This document shows, in pieces, positions 1-12,489 of a stretch of 64,000 bases of DNA. The translations under genes were made by a program, and so were the position numbers. The stretch lies in the NCBI GenBank assembly GCA_951406725.2, contig OX597814.1, positions 83,204,001-83,268,000 of the forward strand. Direction: 5' to 3'. Source of the stretch: Octopus vulgaris. Lineage: Eukaryota. The notes beneath the pieces are model-generated. The model worked only from the letters and a program-made list of their open reading frames with translations. It was not told the DNA's origin and did no database searches. The stretch's first letter is position 1; every line of letters begins with the position of its first letter.

Positions 1-280
1 AATAAAACCCAGTAGTTACAATGCAAGTTGGCAATTTCCTCAGAGCTGTCCAGATGGCAGCATATTTGTTTTCACAGTGGAGCTTGTTGAATTCTTCAGC
101 TTTGGGCTCAATGTGTGTTTCTAGTGCATCATTGTATGTATCAAGTGTAACTTCAGCTGAACTGAGGTTCCTTTCAACATTCCAAATAGACCAAGATTGA
201 TGCATCTGTACTGCTTTCTTCAGATCTTCTTTGGCTTTTGTTACTATTTCATTGGAAGCAGTGGTTTGTATGTTGTTTCC
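1..280 (-). pseudogene. Probable LINE (RTE-like) endonuclease-RT linker remnant
   Basis: Stop-free minus-strand frame of ~93 codons (GNNIQTTASNEIVTKAKEDLKKAVQMHQ...ALETHIEPKAEEFNKLHCENKYAAIWTALRKL) resembling the helical linker of RTE ORFs; in-frame TAG upstream at 281-283, no start codon. Confidence 0.4.
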
Positions 281-1215
281 CTATATCCCTGTTGGATGTG
301 GTTAGGGTGTCTTATTCTTATGCCTGTCACAAAGAGTGAAGAATATGTTGCATACTGCAACTGTACTTCTTGGACAGGTTAGCATCATCTGTAAATACAA
401 TTTCACTTCTAAGTTAATCAGAAGTGAGCTTATGGATGCATGATGTGAAAAATAGACTATTAGAAAGATAAAAGCAACAAAATTTACAACAGAGGTGTTT
501 CTGTCAATAGCAATTGAAAGATTATATTATTTTAAAGAAGTGATTTAGTTTTTTTTCTAATTCTGTCTGTTTGCTGTAGATTTGTAAGTGCGAGAAGATC
601 ATTGCTGCTGTACAAACTGCACTTGATCATAGATAATTTCTTTTACATTTGCCTAAGTGCAATTTAGCAAAATCAGTCACTTCTGCCCAGTTACCAGCTG
701 CAATACTGCCGTTTTATGTCAATATCTGATTATTATAATTAATTATTTCCTTTTATTTTCTTCTATTCATGGTCTTCATCATTCTGTAAAAAAATATTTT
801 ATGTACATACTCAACTCTTAAGCTTACAGTAGGATTGTGTTCACTCTATCTACAACTTCATTTATTATTCTTAGTGACTACATCCACTTTTTTGTTTACA
901 TTTCAATTTATAGCTATGAGTGTAAGGTATGCATACATTGTATATGTATATTTATATGCACACATTCATATATGTGAGGATATGCATGTATCTTGCATTT
1001 ATCCTTATATGTATGAGTTCACATATTTTTTGTAGTTACCACATTCAGTATTTTTTGAGATGTGTAATGTAGTATATGTGTATGAATGTCTGTGAATACA
1101 TCTGCATACATAAGTGTATGTGTATATACGAAGGTCAGTGAATGCATATGGAAATATAAGTACGTGTGTACATATATATCTATGTATGTTCTTGTGAGTG
1201 TGTATTTGTTAATGT

Positions 1216-1217
1216 AT

Positions 1218-1292
<75 letters not shown>
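1216..1292. repeat. Compound (TA)n(TG)n microsatellite
   Basis: Direct reading. Confidence 0.95.
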
Positions 1293-1293
<1 letters not shown>

Positions 1294-1670
1294 AAATGTA
1301 TGTTTAAATGTGTGTGAATGTAATATATGCATCTATGTGTCTGTGTATAAGTCTATGGGTGTTTATATGTAAGTTACTACTTAAACTACTTATGTAGAAA
1401 TTTATCATCTGTGCTTAACATCTGTCTATTTCCCATATTTTTCTTTTCTGCCACCTTCATTTAAAATTTTGCCAACCCTTTAATTGAAACTGATACATAT
1501 TTGTAGTAGTTACTTCATTTACAAATTTTTTCTATGTCTTCCCCTCCTAGTATTGCTTTTCTGTGCAAGCTGAATTTCTATTCTTTAGTTTATACTTCTG
1601 AGAAAAAATGAATAAGAATTGAGAAATTGTACAACTGTCAGTTAAGCATTTTTATACACACACATGTATG

Positions 1671-1673
<3 letters not shown>

Positions 1674-1729
<56 letters not shown>
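1674..1729. repeat. (TA)n microsatellite
   Basis: Direct reading. Confidence 0.95.
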
Positions 1730-1733
<4 letters not shown>

Positions 1734-1744
1734 AAAGTCACATG

Positions 1745-2097
1745 CATGGCTGTGTGGTAAGAAGCTTGCTTCCCAACCACATGGTTCCAGGTTCAGTCCC
1801 ACTGCATGGCACCTTGGGCTCACCAAAGCCTTCTAAGTAGATTTCGTAGATGGAAAATTGAAAGAAGCCTGTTAAATATATATGTGTGTGTATGTCGGTG
1901 TTTGTCCCCCTCCCCCATCACTGGTGTGTTTGCATCTCCATAACTTGGTAGTTCAGCAAAAGAGACTGATAGAATAAGTGCCTGGCTTTAAAAAAAATAT
2001 AAGTACTGGGATCTATTCATTTGACTAAAAATTCAAGTCAGTGTCCTAGCATGGCTGCAGTCTAATGACTGAAACAAGTAAAAGAATAAAAGAAAGA
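1745..2097 (+). mobile_element. tRNA-derived SINE, family A (octopus-type)
   Basis: Head TGGCTGTGTGGTAAGAAGCTTGCTTCCCAACCACATGGTTCCAGGTTCAGTCCC with A/B-box-like motifs; tail ...GACTGAAACAAGTAAAAGAATAAAAGA; many copies in the window. Confidence 0.8.
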
Positions 2098-2795
2098 ATG
2101 ATCCTTGGTGAACCCTTACTTGTACCCTGAATTCTTTACTGTACTCATTGCCAGCCTTGACCTCACTGGTAGTCTCCCTGTGCATAGCTTGTGCAGTTCT
2201 CATCAACCACTCATTTATCCCTAGTTTCTGCATTGACCACCAGATATGGGATTGGAAGACCCTGTCAAAGGCTTTCTGCAAGTCAACAAAAGCCAAGTAT
2301 AGAGGTCTATTTTTGGCTATGTATTTCTCCTGCAGCTGCCTTACCAGAAATATAGCATCAGTGGTGCTTCTCCTTTGCACAAAACCAAATTACATCTCAT
2401 CTGGACTAACTCTCTCTCTAATTAGTTGGGCTATGACTCTCTCCATAACTTTCATCACCTGATCCAACAATTTGATACCTCTGTAATTATTTCTATTTAA
2501 GACTTCAAATTTACCTTTGTAACAGTTGATAATGGTGCTGCTACACCAATCATTGAGTATGACTCCTTCATGTACCACCTGATTTACAATACACTTGACT
2601 AGACCATAACCCACATTGCCAGATATTTTAAGCATTTCGGTGGTGGTTCCTGATGGTCCAGGGACTTTCCCTGTCTTGATATCCTTAATTGCTTTATCTA
2701 CCAAGGTACTGTCAATTCAGATAGCTTTCAAACTCCCCTCCTCCCACTCATTTTCTATGTTCGGCAGTCTTTCATAATGGTATTTCCAAGCTCTT
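2098..2795 (-). pseudogene. RTE-clade LINE reverse transcriptase fragment (disrupted)
   Basis: Consecutive minus-strand ORFs: AWKYHYERL..., KTGKVPGPSG...NNYRGIKLLDQVMKVMERVI, STTDAIFLVRQLQEKY...LAFVDLQKAFDRV...VRVHQGS; RT domains 0-4 broken by stops and a frameshift. Confidence 0.9.
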
Positions 2796-2904
2796 GGCCT
2801 ATCCTGGTGTCCTATATTTTGAAATACATAGGTTCTAGTGGATCTTGCAACTCTCTCTCTTGCTCCCTCCCTCCCCCTCTTTCTCTCTCTCTCACACATA
2901 TATA

Positions 2905-3152
2905 TTAAAGAGATCTGTTGTGTAATGCTGGAACAATGCAAGAAGGTACAAAGTAAATTACAAAGAGGAAAGGAAAATAAGACAAAACAAAACAAAGTTG
3001 TAGTTGTACCTTGTATTTCTATTTCTTGAAATATAAAAATATAAAAATATAAAAATACAAGGTAAAACAGCAACTTTTTGTTTTGTTTTCCTTTTTTAAG
3101 TTTACTTTGTACCTTCTGACATTGTTTTGGCCATACACACCAAACTCTTTAA
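2905..3152. repeat. Degenerate ~250-bp foldback (inverted repeat)
   Basis: TTAAAGAG...ACAATG-CA-AGAAGGTACAAAGTAAA...AAAGTTG...TACCTTGTATTT is mirrored by AAATACAAGGTA...CAACTTT...TTTACTTTGTACCTTCT-GA-CATTGT...CTCTTTAA. Confidence 0.8.
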
Positions 3153-4656
3153 AGTAATACTACACTATGCTTCACCAAAACACATTGGACAATATAGTTA
3201 TTGATATATAATACTAGATAGAAATAGAATGGTCATGATTATAGTCTTCCCAGCCAGGATTGAGATAGAGCTAGAAACAATAATTTTAAAACATTTTTGT
3301 TTTGCCTGGCTATTACCTTTGCGTTGGAGTAATTTCCATGTGAACATCTACTAATGGAGAGAAATGGGTGTCATACACTCAAATTCATTATTTTTTCCAC
3401 TTGATGAATTAAATAAAGTTAATTATCTATTGATGAACTGAATTTGAATGCTGAAGTATGAAGTTTAAGGCTATTTCATTCAACAGTCTGTGGACTAATG
3501 TCACAACAGTGATTTTTAGCATCCGAATAAACACTATCACAATAAAACTTCATAGTGTTCTGGTGATTTTTCTCTTATTTAAATGTCTGAAACTGAAATT
3601 GAAACTTTTCATCAATAGCAAATTAATCAATAATGCAGTGTTAAACAGTGAGAAATCAATAAATATGTCAAATATTTCTTAACTTCTGGAACAGTTTTCA
3701 TTTTGACAGGAAACATAATAGATTCCTGTAATAAAAAGAAAAAATAATGCATTAGCTTGAATATTCTGAATTGATCTGTTCTATTGGTTGTAATATTAAA
3801 TTATGAGAAAGTGGCTTGAGAAAGCAACCATGCGTCAACAATATTGGTAGATGTCTGCTGTAGATACAGCTGTGCTGGTTTGAATGTGTATTGTAAATTG
3901 ATGATACATGTTGGGTGAACAATTGCTATAATTTGGTGGTAGATACTTATGGTTGAGTTAGCCTGAGGAATGTTTGTGAGAGCATTAGTAAGGACAAACT
4001 TCAGAATGTTGCTTAAACGCAGGTCATATCTGATGCAGAAGACTTATGATCAAAGGTATTCCATTTATGACCATCTTTTGTTAATTTTTTTTCCAGACAC
4101 AATGCATTTAGGGCCATGTTATCTGATGTTTACTTTCTTTTTAAGATGGTCAGGTATGATTTGGTTCCTATTTCCAGCAGATTAAGTGACCTACTGAGGC
4201 TTCATTGATTAACTCCAAACTATTCTCTAATTTATAGTAATGCAAACTGAAGATACACAATAAAATGTTTTAATGCAGGCCTATGTGAGTGAGAAAACTA
4301 TAAGCTCGATATTAAGTACCATGCATATAAAATGCACTTATTCCACCAAAATCAAGATTAAAATGACAGCATATAATATATGGTATTAGGCTGCAAACTT
4401 TTTCCCACACACTTTTATTAAGAAAAAACAATAATGTTTTAAAGCTTTATTACTTTTTAGATTTTAGAAAATATATATACTAATATATTTTATATAAGAT
4501 GAAATATTAGAAGCTAATATATTGGATTCCAGAAGATTAGCTACCCTTGTGGCAGTTGTATAGTATGCTATATTGTATTATAAGTTTTAAAGACAATTTA
4601 GCTCCACAAATCAAGATGCATATTATATGTAGACTTTTACAGTAGATGATTATTAT

Positions 4657-4666
4657 TGTAGTAGTT

Positions 4667-4718
<52 letters not shown>

Positions 4719-4731
4719 CAGCAGCAGCAGC
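4657..4731. repeat. (GTA)n(GCA)n trinucleotide microsatellite
   Basis: Direct reading. Confidence 0.95.
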
Positions 4732-5016
4732 GATATATTATGTATTAATTTCAGTCAGTTGATTCTCTGTCTTTTAACTTAAAAACACTACCAGAGTGAA
4801 TAAAGGTGTCAGTCTGGAGTATATCTTTCACTATTATCAATATTTTATCCACTTCATACTGTCATATCTTATGGTTTTCATTTTTTTTTCTCTCTTGTTT
4901 ATATAATCAGTAGATTAGCCTTGCAAATCTTGTCCCTCATAACTCCTTAATACATATGATATTAAAAACGAAATTTTAAACAATTGACCTTCATATTTTA
5001 TTATTACAGGTTTTGA

Positions 5017-5245
5017 AGGTGGCATGCTGGCAGAATTATTAAGATGCCAAACAAAATGCTGCCAACCATTTAGTCTATGTTCTGAGTTCAAATTCCTCTA
5101 AGGTTGACTTTGCATTTCATCCTTCTGGAGTCAATAAAGTTAGTACTAGAGGAACATTGAATTGATGTAATCAACTAGCCTCCTTTTCCCCACACAAAAA
5201 AAAAAAAAAAAAATTCAGCTTTGTGTTTATAGTAGAAAGGATTAT
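5017..5245 (+). mobile_element. tRNA-derived SINE, family B (older copy)
   Basis: GGTGGCATGCTGGCAGAA...GTTCTGAGTTCAAATTCC...GTTGACTTTGCATTTCATCCTT; matches the reverse complement of 5473-5707. Confidence 0.75.
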
Positions 5246-5282
5246 TACAGGTTGTGTTTTTCATTTGATATTTCATTTGACA

Positions 5283-5374
5283 TCAAAGGGTGAGAGGCTG
5301 AACCTGGCCAGTTTAACCATAAAACGTAGAATATTTGGGGCCTTATATGGCTGGTTTAAATACTAAAAGGTTAG
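5283..5374 (-). mobile_element. Fragment of piggyBac-like MITE
   Basis: Reverse complement resembles the first ~90 bp of the element at 60866-61088. Confidence 0.5.
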
Positions 5375-5472
5375 TTACCGGTCAACATTGATGTCATATT
5401 CAGTTAACCAACAGTGAAGTAGGTTATACATGAAACTGTTGGATTGTATATTTCCAGACATAACACATTACC

Positions 5473-5707
5473 TATTTCTTTACTACCTACAAGGGGCTAA
5501 ACACAGAGGGGACAAACAAGGACAGACACACAGATTAAGTCGATTATATCAACCCCAGTGCGTAACTGGTACTTATTTAATCGACCCCGAAAGGATGAAA
5601 GGCAAAGTCGACCTCGGCGGAATTTGAACTCAGAATGTATGGCAGACGAAATACGGCAATGCATTTTGCCCAGCGTGCTAAGGTTTCTGCCAGCTCGCCG
5701 CCTTTCG
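5473..5707 (-). mobile_element. Full-length young SINE family B copy with 12-bp TSD
   Basis: CpG-rich copy with core GGTACTTATTTAATCGACCCCGAAAGGATGAAAGGCAAAGTCGACCTCGGCGG; flanked by direct repeat TAACACATTACC at 5461-5472 and 5708-5719. Confidence 0.88.
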
Positions 5708-6879
5708 TAACACATTACCCTCATTAATTTACTGGTTATCTCTATTGTATTATTCCAATTTGTATGAAACAGACAGGCTTATAACATTCATGTGAACTAG
5801 ACTCCACTTTAACAGTTTACTATTATGAGCCTGCTAAGTCTCGTAGATGCTTTACCAATACTACTACTACCACCAATCCTGGTAATTGGCATGTTGGTGG
5901 TTAATTTTGAATTTTCTTACTGTAGCTACTTCTTTTAGGTGTAATTATAGTGTTCTGAAGAGGTATCAATCAAAAGGAAGCTGAACTATGATCGATAAAC
6001 ATACCTTCTATGTGAATAAAGTGAAGAGTTATATTTAAGCTTGATACACAAATTAAAGGTCAATTAGGTCAATAAACATGTAGTCAGAGATGCTACTGTT
6101 TTAGACCATAGTTGAAAGGAAGGTGTTATGCATAATGTTGCAGGAAGATGTACATCTGTAACTATACATATTTGTGTGTGTGTATGGATAAATGGATGTT
6201 TACATGCATGCATATGCACCTATATGCAACAACACAATTGTGTATGCAATTAGGTAATAAAAAAATAGATAAATACATAAATAAAAAATTCAATATGGTT
6301 TAGTAGAGTAGAATATTTATTCAAAGCTGAAAAAGCATGAGTTGCTACTCAGAGTTATATGTTTCCTGAGGAATGAAAAAAACCAAATTCTGAGTAGAAT
6401 CTCATAAAATTTCAGATATAAAAATGCATCAGCACCATTAGCATTATCCTAGTGATCATTTAATATCTATGTTCCATGCTGGTATTGGTTGGATGGTTTG
6501 ACAAGATCCAGTGGGTCCAAGGAATATTGTGCTCCAGTGTCAGCTTTGGCATGGTTTCCATGGCTAGGTGCCTTTCCTATCACCAACCAGTTTACAAGGT
6601 GCTTTTTTTCGTGGCACAAGCTCTAATGAGGTTACCCTACAGTTTGTAAATCTACAAACCCCAATGAGGTTGGGGTAGGGGTTATGCTAGGAGATGATGG
6701 AGTGGGGATTTTACAGTACAAGAGAGGAGATCAGGTGATGATAATAATGCCACATCTGTAGTGCATCCCAAATTTATACCCCTAAGGAGGTTCATGTACT
6801 GCACCACAACACCTTACTTCTCAGAGGACTGTAGTACCACACTGATCTCAAAACTGTTGAAGGCCCTTTTATAGTGAAC

Positions 6880-7170
6880 TATAACTATGGGATGTGAAAT
6901 GAATAATAAAATTTTACAGAGAATAAGAGTGTGTTCAACTCAGCAAAGGATGTGCTAAAGTAAACCTTGACAAAGCCACTTGCACAAACCTCTTCAACAG
7001 TCCAGTTCTATCTGCAATGCTCTATGCAAGTGAAATGTGGGTAACAACGAAAAGGGAAGAACACAAGTTGATAATGGCACAAAGAGTGTCACAAATAGGT
7101 CAATGTTGGGAATCTCCTTGAGAGATTACATCTGAAATGAGCAGATCAGGGAAAGAACTGGAGCGAATGT
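6880..7170 (+). pseudogene. RTE LINE C-terminal ORF remnant
   Basis: Translates with frameshifts to NLFNSPVLSAMLYASEMWVTTKREEHKLIMAQR...SMLGISLRDYI*NEQIRERTG, a typical RTE C-terminal motif. Confidence 0.75.
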
Positions 7171-10100
7171 TTGCCAAATGTTTGTGTGACTTATTGATGT
7201 TATTTTAGTTGTTGTTTGTATTTTTGTGTAAGTATATTCATGTTTGAATTTAAGCATTTTTGAATAAAGGTAAAGTAGGAAGACTTGGAATATTGGGAAT
7301 TTATTTGTCATACAAAATTTTAGGCATGAAAAGTAATCCAAAAGTTAAAGTTGTCATGTTTTACTGAATGTGATTATTGAGAGTTGAAAATATTGAGGTT
7401 TTGTAAATTTAGTATATCCAGTGACTGAATGGATATGATTTGTATGTAGGCATAAAATTTTGTTCTCCACTAAATTCATGCATTAGTGTGATGCAAAAAT
7501 GTCATGACTGTTCCCAAAGTTAAAGTTGTTGGCTGTGTAAATTTAACATATCAAGTGGTAGAATGTATTTGTGCGAGTAGTTGTTGGTGAATATTCTTTG
7601 TTAAACTTTATTCAGTCAAGGTTTCTATTTTATATGAATATGTTTTCTTTGTTTATTAGTGTTCAGTCGGTGGTATTGACTGAACAAAGATAAGGTGAGA
7701 AGACTTGAAATTTGGGGGACTTATTTTTTTGTACATATGTCTATGTGCCCACTCACTAGAATCTGTCTAGTACTGGAGTCTTGTACTATTCCAATTGAAA
7801 GTAGTATGGGAACCGCCACAATTTCTGCTTGTTAGCTAGTGCCTTTGAAGGAATTGGAACTGGAGTCTTGTACTTGTTTAAGGTGAATAGTCAGTCTCTT
7901 TCTGAGAGTAAACTTTGTTTGAGCTATCTAATCCTTGTTACATTCTTTACATTTACTAGCTTATATTAAAATTTTGATGAAAATTTTAAATGATTTTTTG
8001 TGGTAATTTTAAGTTTTAATCCTGATTTAATTTTAAATGTTTTGTCTTCAATAAGTTTGCAAGTTCTGCAATTAGCACAACCATAGTTTTTTGATGGATT
8101 TAGATTGTCTTTTGCCTTTGATTATTTTGTGTATTTTGAGTGCTTCTTTATCCTCCATGGCTGTATGGAGACTAACATGCTTTTATAATAGATATATGTA
8201 AAAAAAGAGGAGAGAGGAATCTTATCACATGATGAGCAACTGAGGCATTTCTCTATGAACAGTGTATGTTCAAAGTTAATGGTTATGTTTTACAGTGTTC
8301 ATATATGCAAACAGACTCACACACCTGTACTTCCCACACTCACACATGTATATATGTGTGTGTGTGTGTGTGTGCTCATTTCCACATATGTGTATCTCCT
8401 TTTTTCAGGTATTGTGTATCAAATGCAACTTTTTTAAGATTGTATTGGGAAATTTGAGAGAGAATTGTTTACTATTTCTAGCTAGTCAACTGCCTGCAGA
8501 AAGTCCTCTTCATTAGCTCGTTTTTTTTTTCCTGGTGTGAATATAATTAAAGATATCTTAATTAAAATTAATTTAATACTGAATGCAGTCATGAGTCAGA
8601 CTGATCTTTAGACCTCATTAGCAAAACAAAGTCTGCTGTAACTGCCAGATCTTTGAATAATTAGGGGGATAAAGTTTCCAGCATGTGTACAAGAACACTA
8701 ACAATCATAATGATGTAAAAGAATGATTGGAAAAATATCTCCAGGGACACTTGCTGCAATAAAACTCAATAGTAAAGTGAGCACTTACATATATGACTTA
8801 GTAAACTAAGGAAGTTTAATTCAATAAAACCAATCTTTAGTGATAAGAACAAATTATTATCTAAATGACTAAATTTGATCAAAAAAGTTGAGATAACCAC
8901 AGAAATTTTAATTAAAATTAATTGCTTATAGAAAGATGTGGAGAGTGAGTCTAATCTTTAGTTGTATAGTAATAACTTAGGATGTGTTAGAGCTCATAAG
9001 TTAAGTATAGCATAACTGTAATAAATGTGTGTGTGTGTGTCTTTTGCAAAGAAGTGCTTCCTGATACATCTTTATGCTAAAAGTCTATAGAGATGCTTCA
9101 AAATATCCAGTTTTGTTAGATGTGTGTGTATGTGTGTATACACATATATAAAATTGTTGGCAGAATACACTCTGAAAGCTAATTCCTTGATGCAAACTGT
9201 GTGGCTGTTAGGATATGTTTGTTTGAGTATAGTTCTTTCAATTGAATCAATGGTGCACAGCTGCAACACATTCTACAGATTTCTGAGACATAAAAGCATT
9301 AAATACTAAAGCTATCATACAGAGACATAAAATTTATCAATAAGCTAGATTTGTTCTAAGAATGAATTTGTAAACATTAGTAGGAACTGTGAAGTAAACA
9401 AACAGAATATAAAGAGGTATGTAAATGAGAAAGTCATGTGTTGTGCACATATTTTTTACAAACCGACAAGAAGGGAACTTTTACTTGGTTGCTTGAATTG
9501 CCAAAAATAATAGCCAGATCTCTCTCAACTCACACTATACCATAATGTTTGGTGTACAAAATTTATGAAAAAGTTAGGAATACTTTTTATCATAGATCTT
9601 GTTTTATCAGAACCAACCTGGGCCTAAACAAGTCACATTTCTTGGTTAGTGTTCATGATTTCCAGTTACACCTGCTACTTTATCTTTTCTTCTTTATATC
9701 CTGCACTTTACATCTTTTTTATTTATACATTTTTATATGCATGTAATATATGATGGTTAGCCTTCATGGTACTTTACTGCAGTGTCCAGAGTCTCTGCTG
9801 TGAAAATACTTAATCTCAATTAGAGTTTAGGGTTTGAGATACAATTAGTTTTAGACTGCACAATAAAATTTGAATGCCCTGTAAACTGAACACTAAAGTG
9901 GCACTGGAAAATATCTGCTTTTGTTGTTGTTAAGCCAAAGGTTAGCCTTGATCAAGCAAGCCTATTATCAATGGTATCCCAAAGTGGCTACTCAATTTTT
10001 TTCCCATAGAAATGCGTCCAAGATTACGTTATTCTACATGTCCTTGTTTCTTTAAAATGTTAGGCTGTTATTTGAAGGAGATTTAGTGCTTTGTGTCCAC

Positions 10101-10419
10101 CTGGTGGTGGATAAATATGAAGGAATTAGTTAATCATGAATAGGTTATTAGCCATCAAACCTCAGATGTAACTGATGATCAGAACCAGAGACTGAATCCA
10201 AAAGCAATTTAACAGCAAAAATTACATTTATCTCAGGTTAAGTACTGAGGAATATTCTCCAGACTCATAGAAGGCTCTAAACTGTGGAACAAAAACTGAA
10301 TAACTAATAACCAGCCCTGTGCATTTGGTTACCCATACTCATTTAGTAAACACAGATGTGTATGTATATGTGTGTAGTAAATGATGCATGGATGTGTAGT
10401 TAAGAAGTTTTACAACCAC

Positions 10420-11030
10420 AGGTTTATTTGTGAGACGTGACAATAAAGAAGATCACACATTCACTCTCTGCATACAATTAGACTTGGAAAGTTTGTGAGA
10501 AACCCATTGACCCAATTTGCTGACTTTTCTGATGGCATGCAGGTGTTGATGAATTGTTGAATGACCAAATCCAAGCTTCTTTGCTACCTTCTCAACACTT
10601 ACAATGGGACTTTCTTCTACCAAGGTTTGCAGGACGTCATCGTCGAGCTAGATCATTCAGGACAAGGCTTATCTTCTAAGCTGTAGTTTCTGGCTCAGAA
10701 TTTCTGGAACCACCATTGACACTGGCTTATGCTTATTGTCCAAGCCCCATATGCTGCATTAATATTCCTTGCACTTTCTGCTGCATTGTTGCTTTTATTG
10801 AACTCATAAAGCTAAATATGCCAAATATGCTCCTTTGTCACTTCCATTATAGCTTCAAGAAAAATAACTGTTAAAATCGAATTACACTCTTCAAAACTTG
10901 CTCTAAGAATATGTACAAGGTGAATTATTACCTGCTTTTATAGCAAGTTGATGCAGGTAGTTTATCCTGTACTCCACTGACTTTTAGTTCATGGAATTGC
11001 AAAAACTGCATTATTTATGGGATGATCCTC
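10420..11030 (-). mobile_element. Mariner transposon 5' fragment (dead)
   Basis: Minus frame from ~10847: MEVTKEHIWHI*LYEFNKSNNAAESARNINAAYG...CQWWFQKF*ARNYSLEDKP (mariner HTH); ITR-like end CATTATTTATGGGATGATCCTC-TA. Confidence 0.8.
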
Positions 11031-11066
11031 TATATATACATATATAAATATATATATATATATATA

Positions 11067-11430
11067 TCATCATCATCATAGTTTAGTGTCTGTTTTCTAT
11101 GCTAGCATGGGTTGGACGGTTCAACTGGGGTCTGGGAAGCCAGAAGGCTGCGCCAGGCCCAGTCTGATATGACAGTGTTTCTACAGCTGGATGCCCTTCC
11201 TAACGCCAACCACTCCGTGAGTGTAGTGGGTGCTTTTTACGTGCCACCTGCACAGGTGCCAGACGAGGCTGGCAAACGGCCACAATCGGATGGTGCTTTT
11301 TACGTGCCACTGGCATGGGGGCCAGACGAGGCTGGCAACGGCCACAATCAGATGGTGCTTTTTACGTGCCACCGGCACGGAGGCCAGTCGGGGCGGCACT
11401 GGCAACAGCCACGTTCGAATGATTCTCTGT
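11067..11430 (-). mobile_element. RTE LINE 3' UTR/tail (5'-truncated) with internal ~62-bp tandem units
   Basis: (CAT)n tail, CATGGGTTGGACGG and CTGGATGCCCTTCCTAACGCCAACCAC motifs; GGTGCTTTTTACGTGCCAC occurs three times (~11229, ~11293, ~11354); nearly identical to 17118-17338. Confidence 0.8.
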
Positions 11431-11452
11431 GATACACACACACACACACACA

Positions 11453-12080
11453 TATCATCATCATTTAACATTCATTGTCCATGCTGACATGGGTTGGACA
11501 GTTTGACTGGGCTGGCACATTGAAAGGCTGCAGCACACTCCAGTCTGATTTGGCATGGTTTTCTATGGCTGGATGATCTTCCTAACACTAACCACTCTTA
11601 GAATGTAATGGGTGCTTTTACATGTCACCAGCACAGGTGTAAATTTGCGTGACACTGATATCTGCCTTGACTATGATTTTACTCAGCTTGATGGGTCATT
11701 TCAGCACAACATAATACCAAATGTCTCAGTCATTACCTCTGTGAGGCTCAATACTCAAAAGGAACTTAACCACCTTGACTCCATGAGGCCCAATACTCGA
11801 AAGGTGTTCTTTATATGCCACCAGCATGAGAGCACTTGGCTTGATGGGTCCTCTCAAACATAGCACATTGCAAAAGTTTTGGTCACTAGTCATTGCCCCT
11901 GTGAGGCCCAAAATTTGAAGATCATGCTTCACCACCTCGTTCCATGTCTTCCTGGGTCTACCTCTACCACAAGTTCCCTCTACAGTTAGAGACTGCCACT
12001 TCTTTTCACAGCTGTCCTCGTCCATACGCATCTCATGACCATACTAGCCTAGTCATCTCTCTTGCATACCACATCTCATA
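11453..12080 (-). mobile_element. 5'-truncated RTE LINE: ORF C-terminus plus 3' UTR and (GAT)n tail
   Basis: ORF 11726-12031 MRMDEDSC...VEGTCGRGRPRKTWNEVVKHDL is an RTE C-terminus, contiguous with the same UTR motifs and tail found in the short copies. Confidence 0.85.
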
Positions 12081-12174
12081 TCATCTCGGAGTGTATATGT
12101 GTATATATATAACTACACACAGAACATATATATATATATATACACAGACACAGACACACATATATCTAAAAATT

Positions 12175-12218
<44 letters not shown>

Positions 12219-12313
12219 GTTAATTAAAAAAAAGAGAGAAAGACGAGAAAAAAACAATGTGTGGATGTAGCATATACAAAGTATTAAGATGCTTGGAGAA
12301 GGAAAAGAGTAGT

Positions 12314-12350
12314 TGTTTAATGTTTTGAGCATAGCTTTTCTTCAGAAACA
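12314..12350 (-). ncRNA. Degenerate minimal hammerhead ribozyme remnant (probably inactive)
   Basis: Minus strand TGTTT-CTGAAGA-AAAGC-TAT-GCTC-AAAACATT-AAACA; restoring two CpG>CpA changes gives CGAAACGTT; stem I TGTTT/AAACA. Confidence 0.45.
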
Positions 12351-12489
12351 GGAAAAGCAGGGAAATCCAAAGGAAAAAGAAGGAGGAAGAAAACTGTCAA
12401 TAATTCACGTGTAGTTACATTTTTGAAGTGACCGGAAGTAGGGTAAAGAGAAAGTGCTTTTTTTGATGGCAAGGAAAGTGAGATCACAG

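Noticed and set aside
1-280. Host protein-coding exon on the minus strand
   Set aside because: The peptide better resembles a LINE linker, and no clear pyrimidine-rich splice acceptor precedes it; kept only as a low-confidence LINE remnant.
5952-6010. CTGAAGAGGTAT...ATACC possible hammerhead
   Set aside because: No GAAA or stem III follows.
7190-7900. Short recurring strings (CCAAAGTTAAAGTTGT, GAAGACTTG.AA, ACTGGAGTCTTGTACT)
   Set aside because: Suggests an old local duplication, but too degenerate to define units or boundaries by eye.
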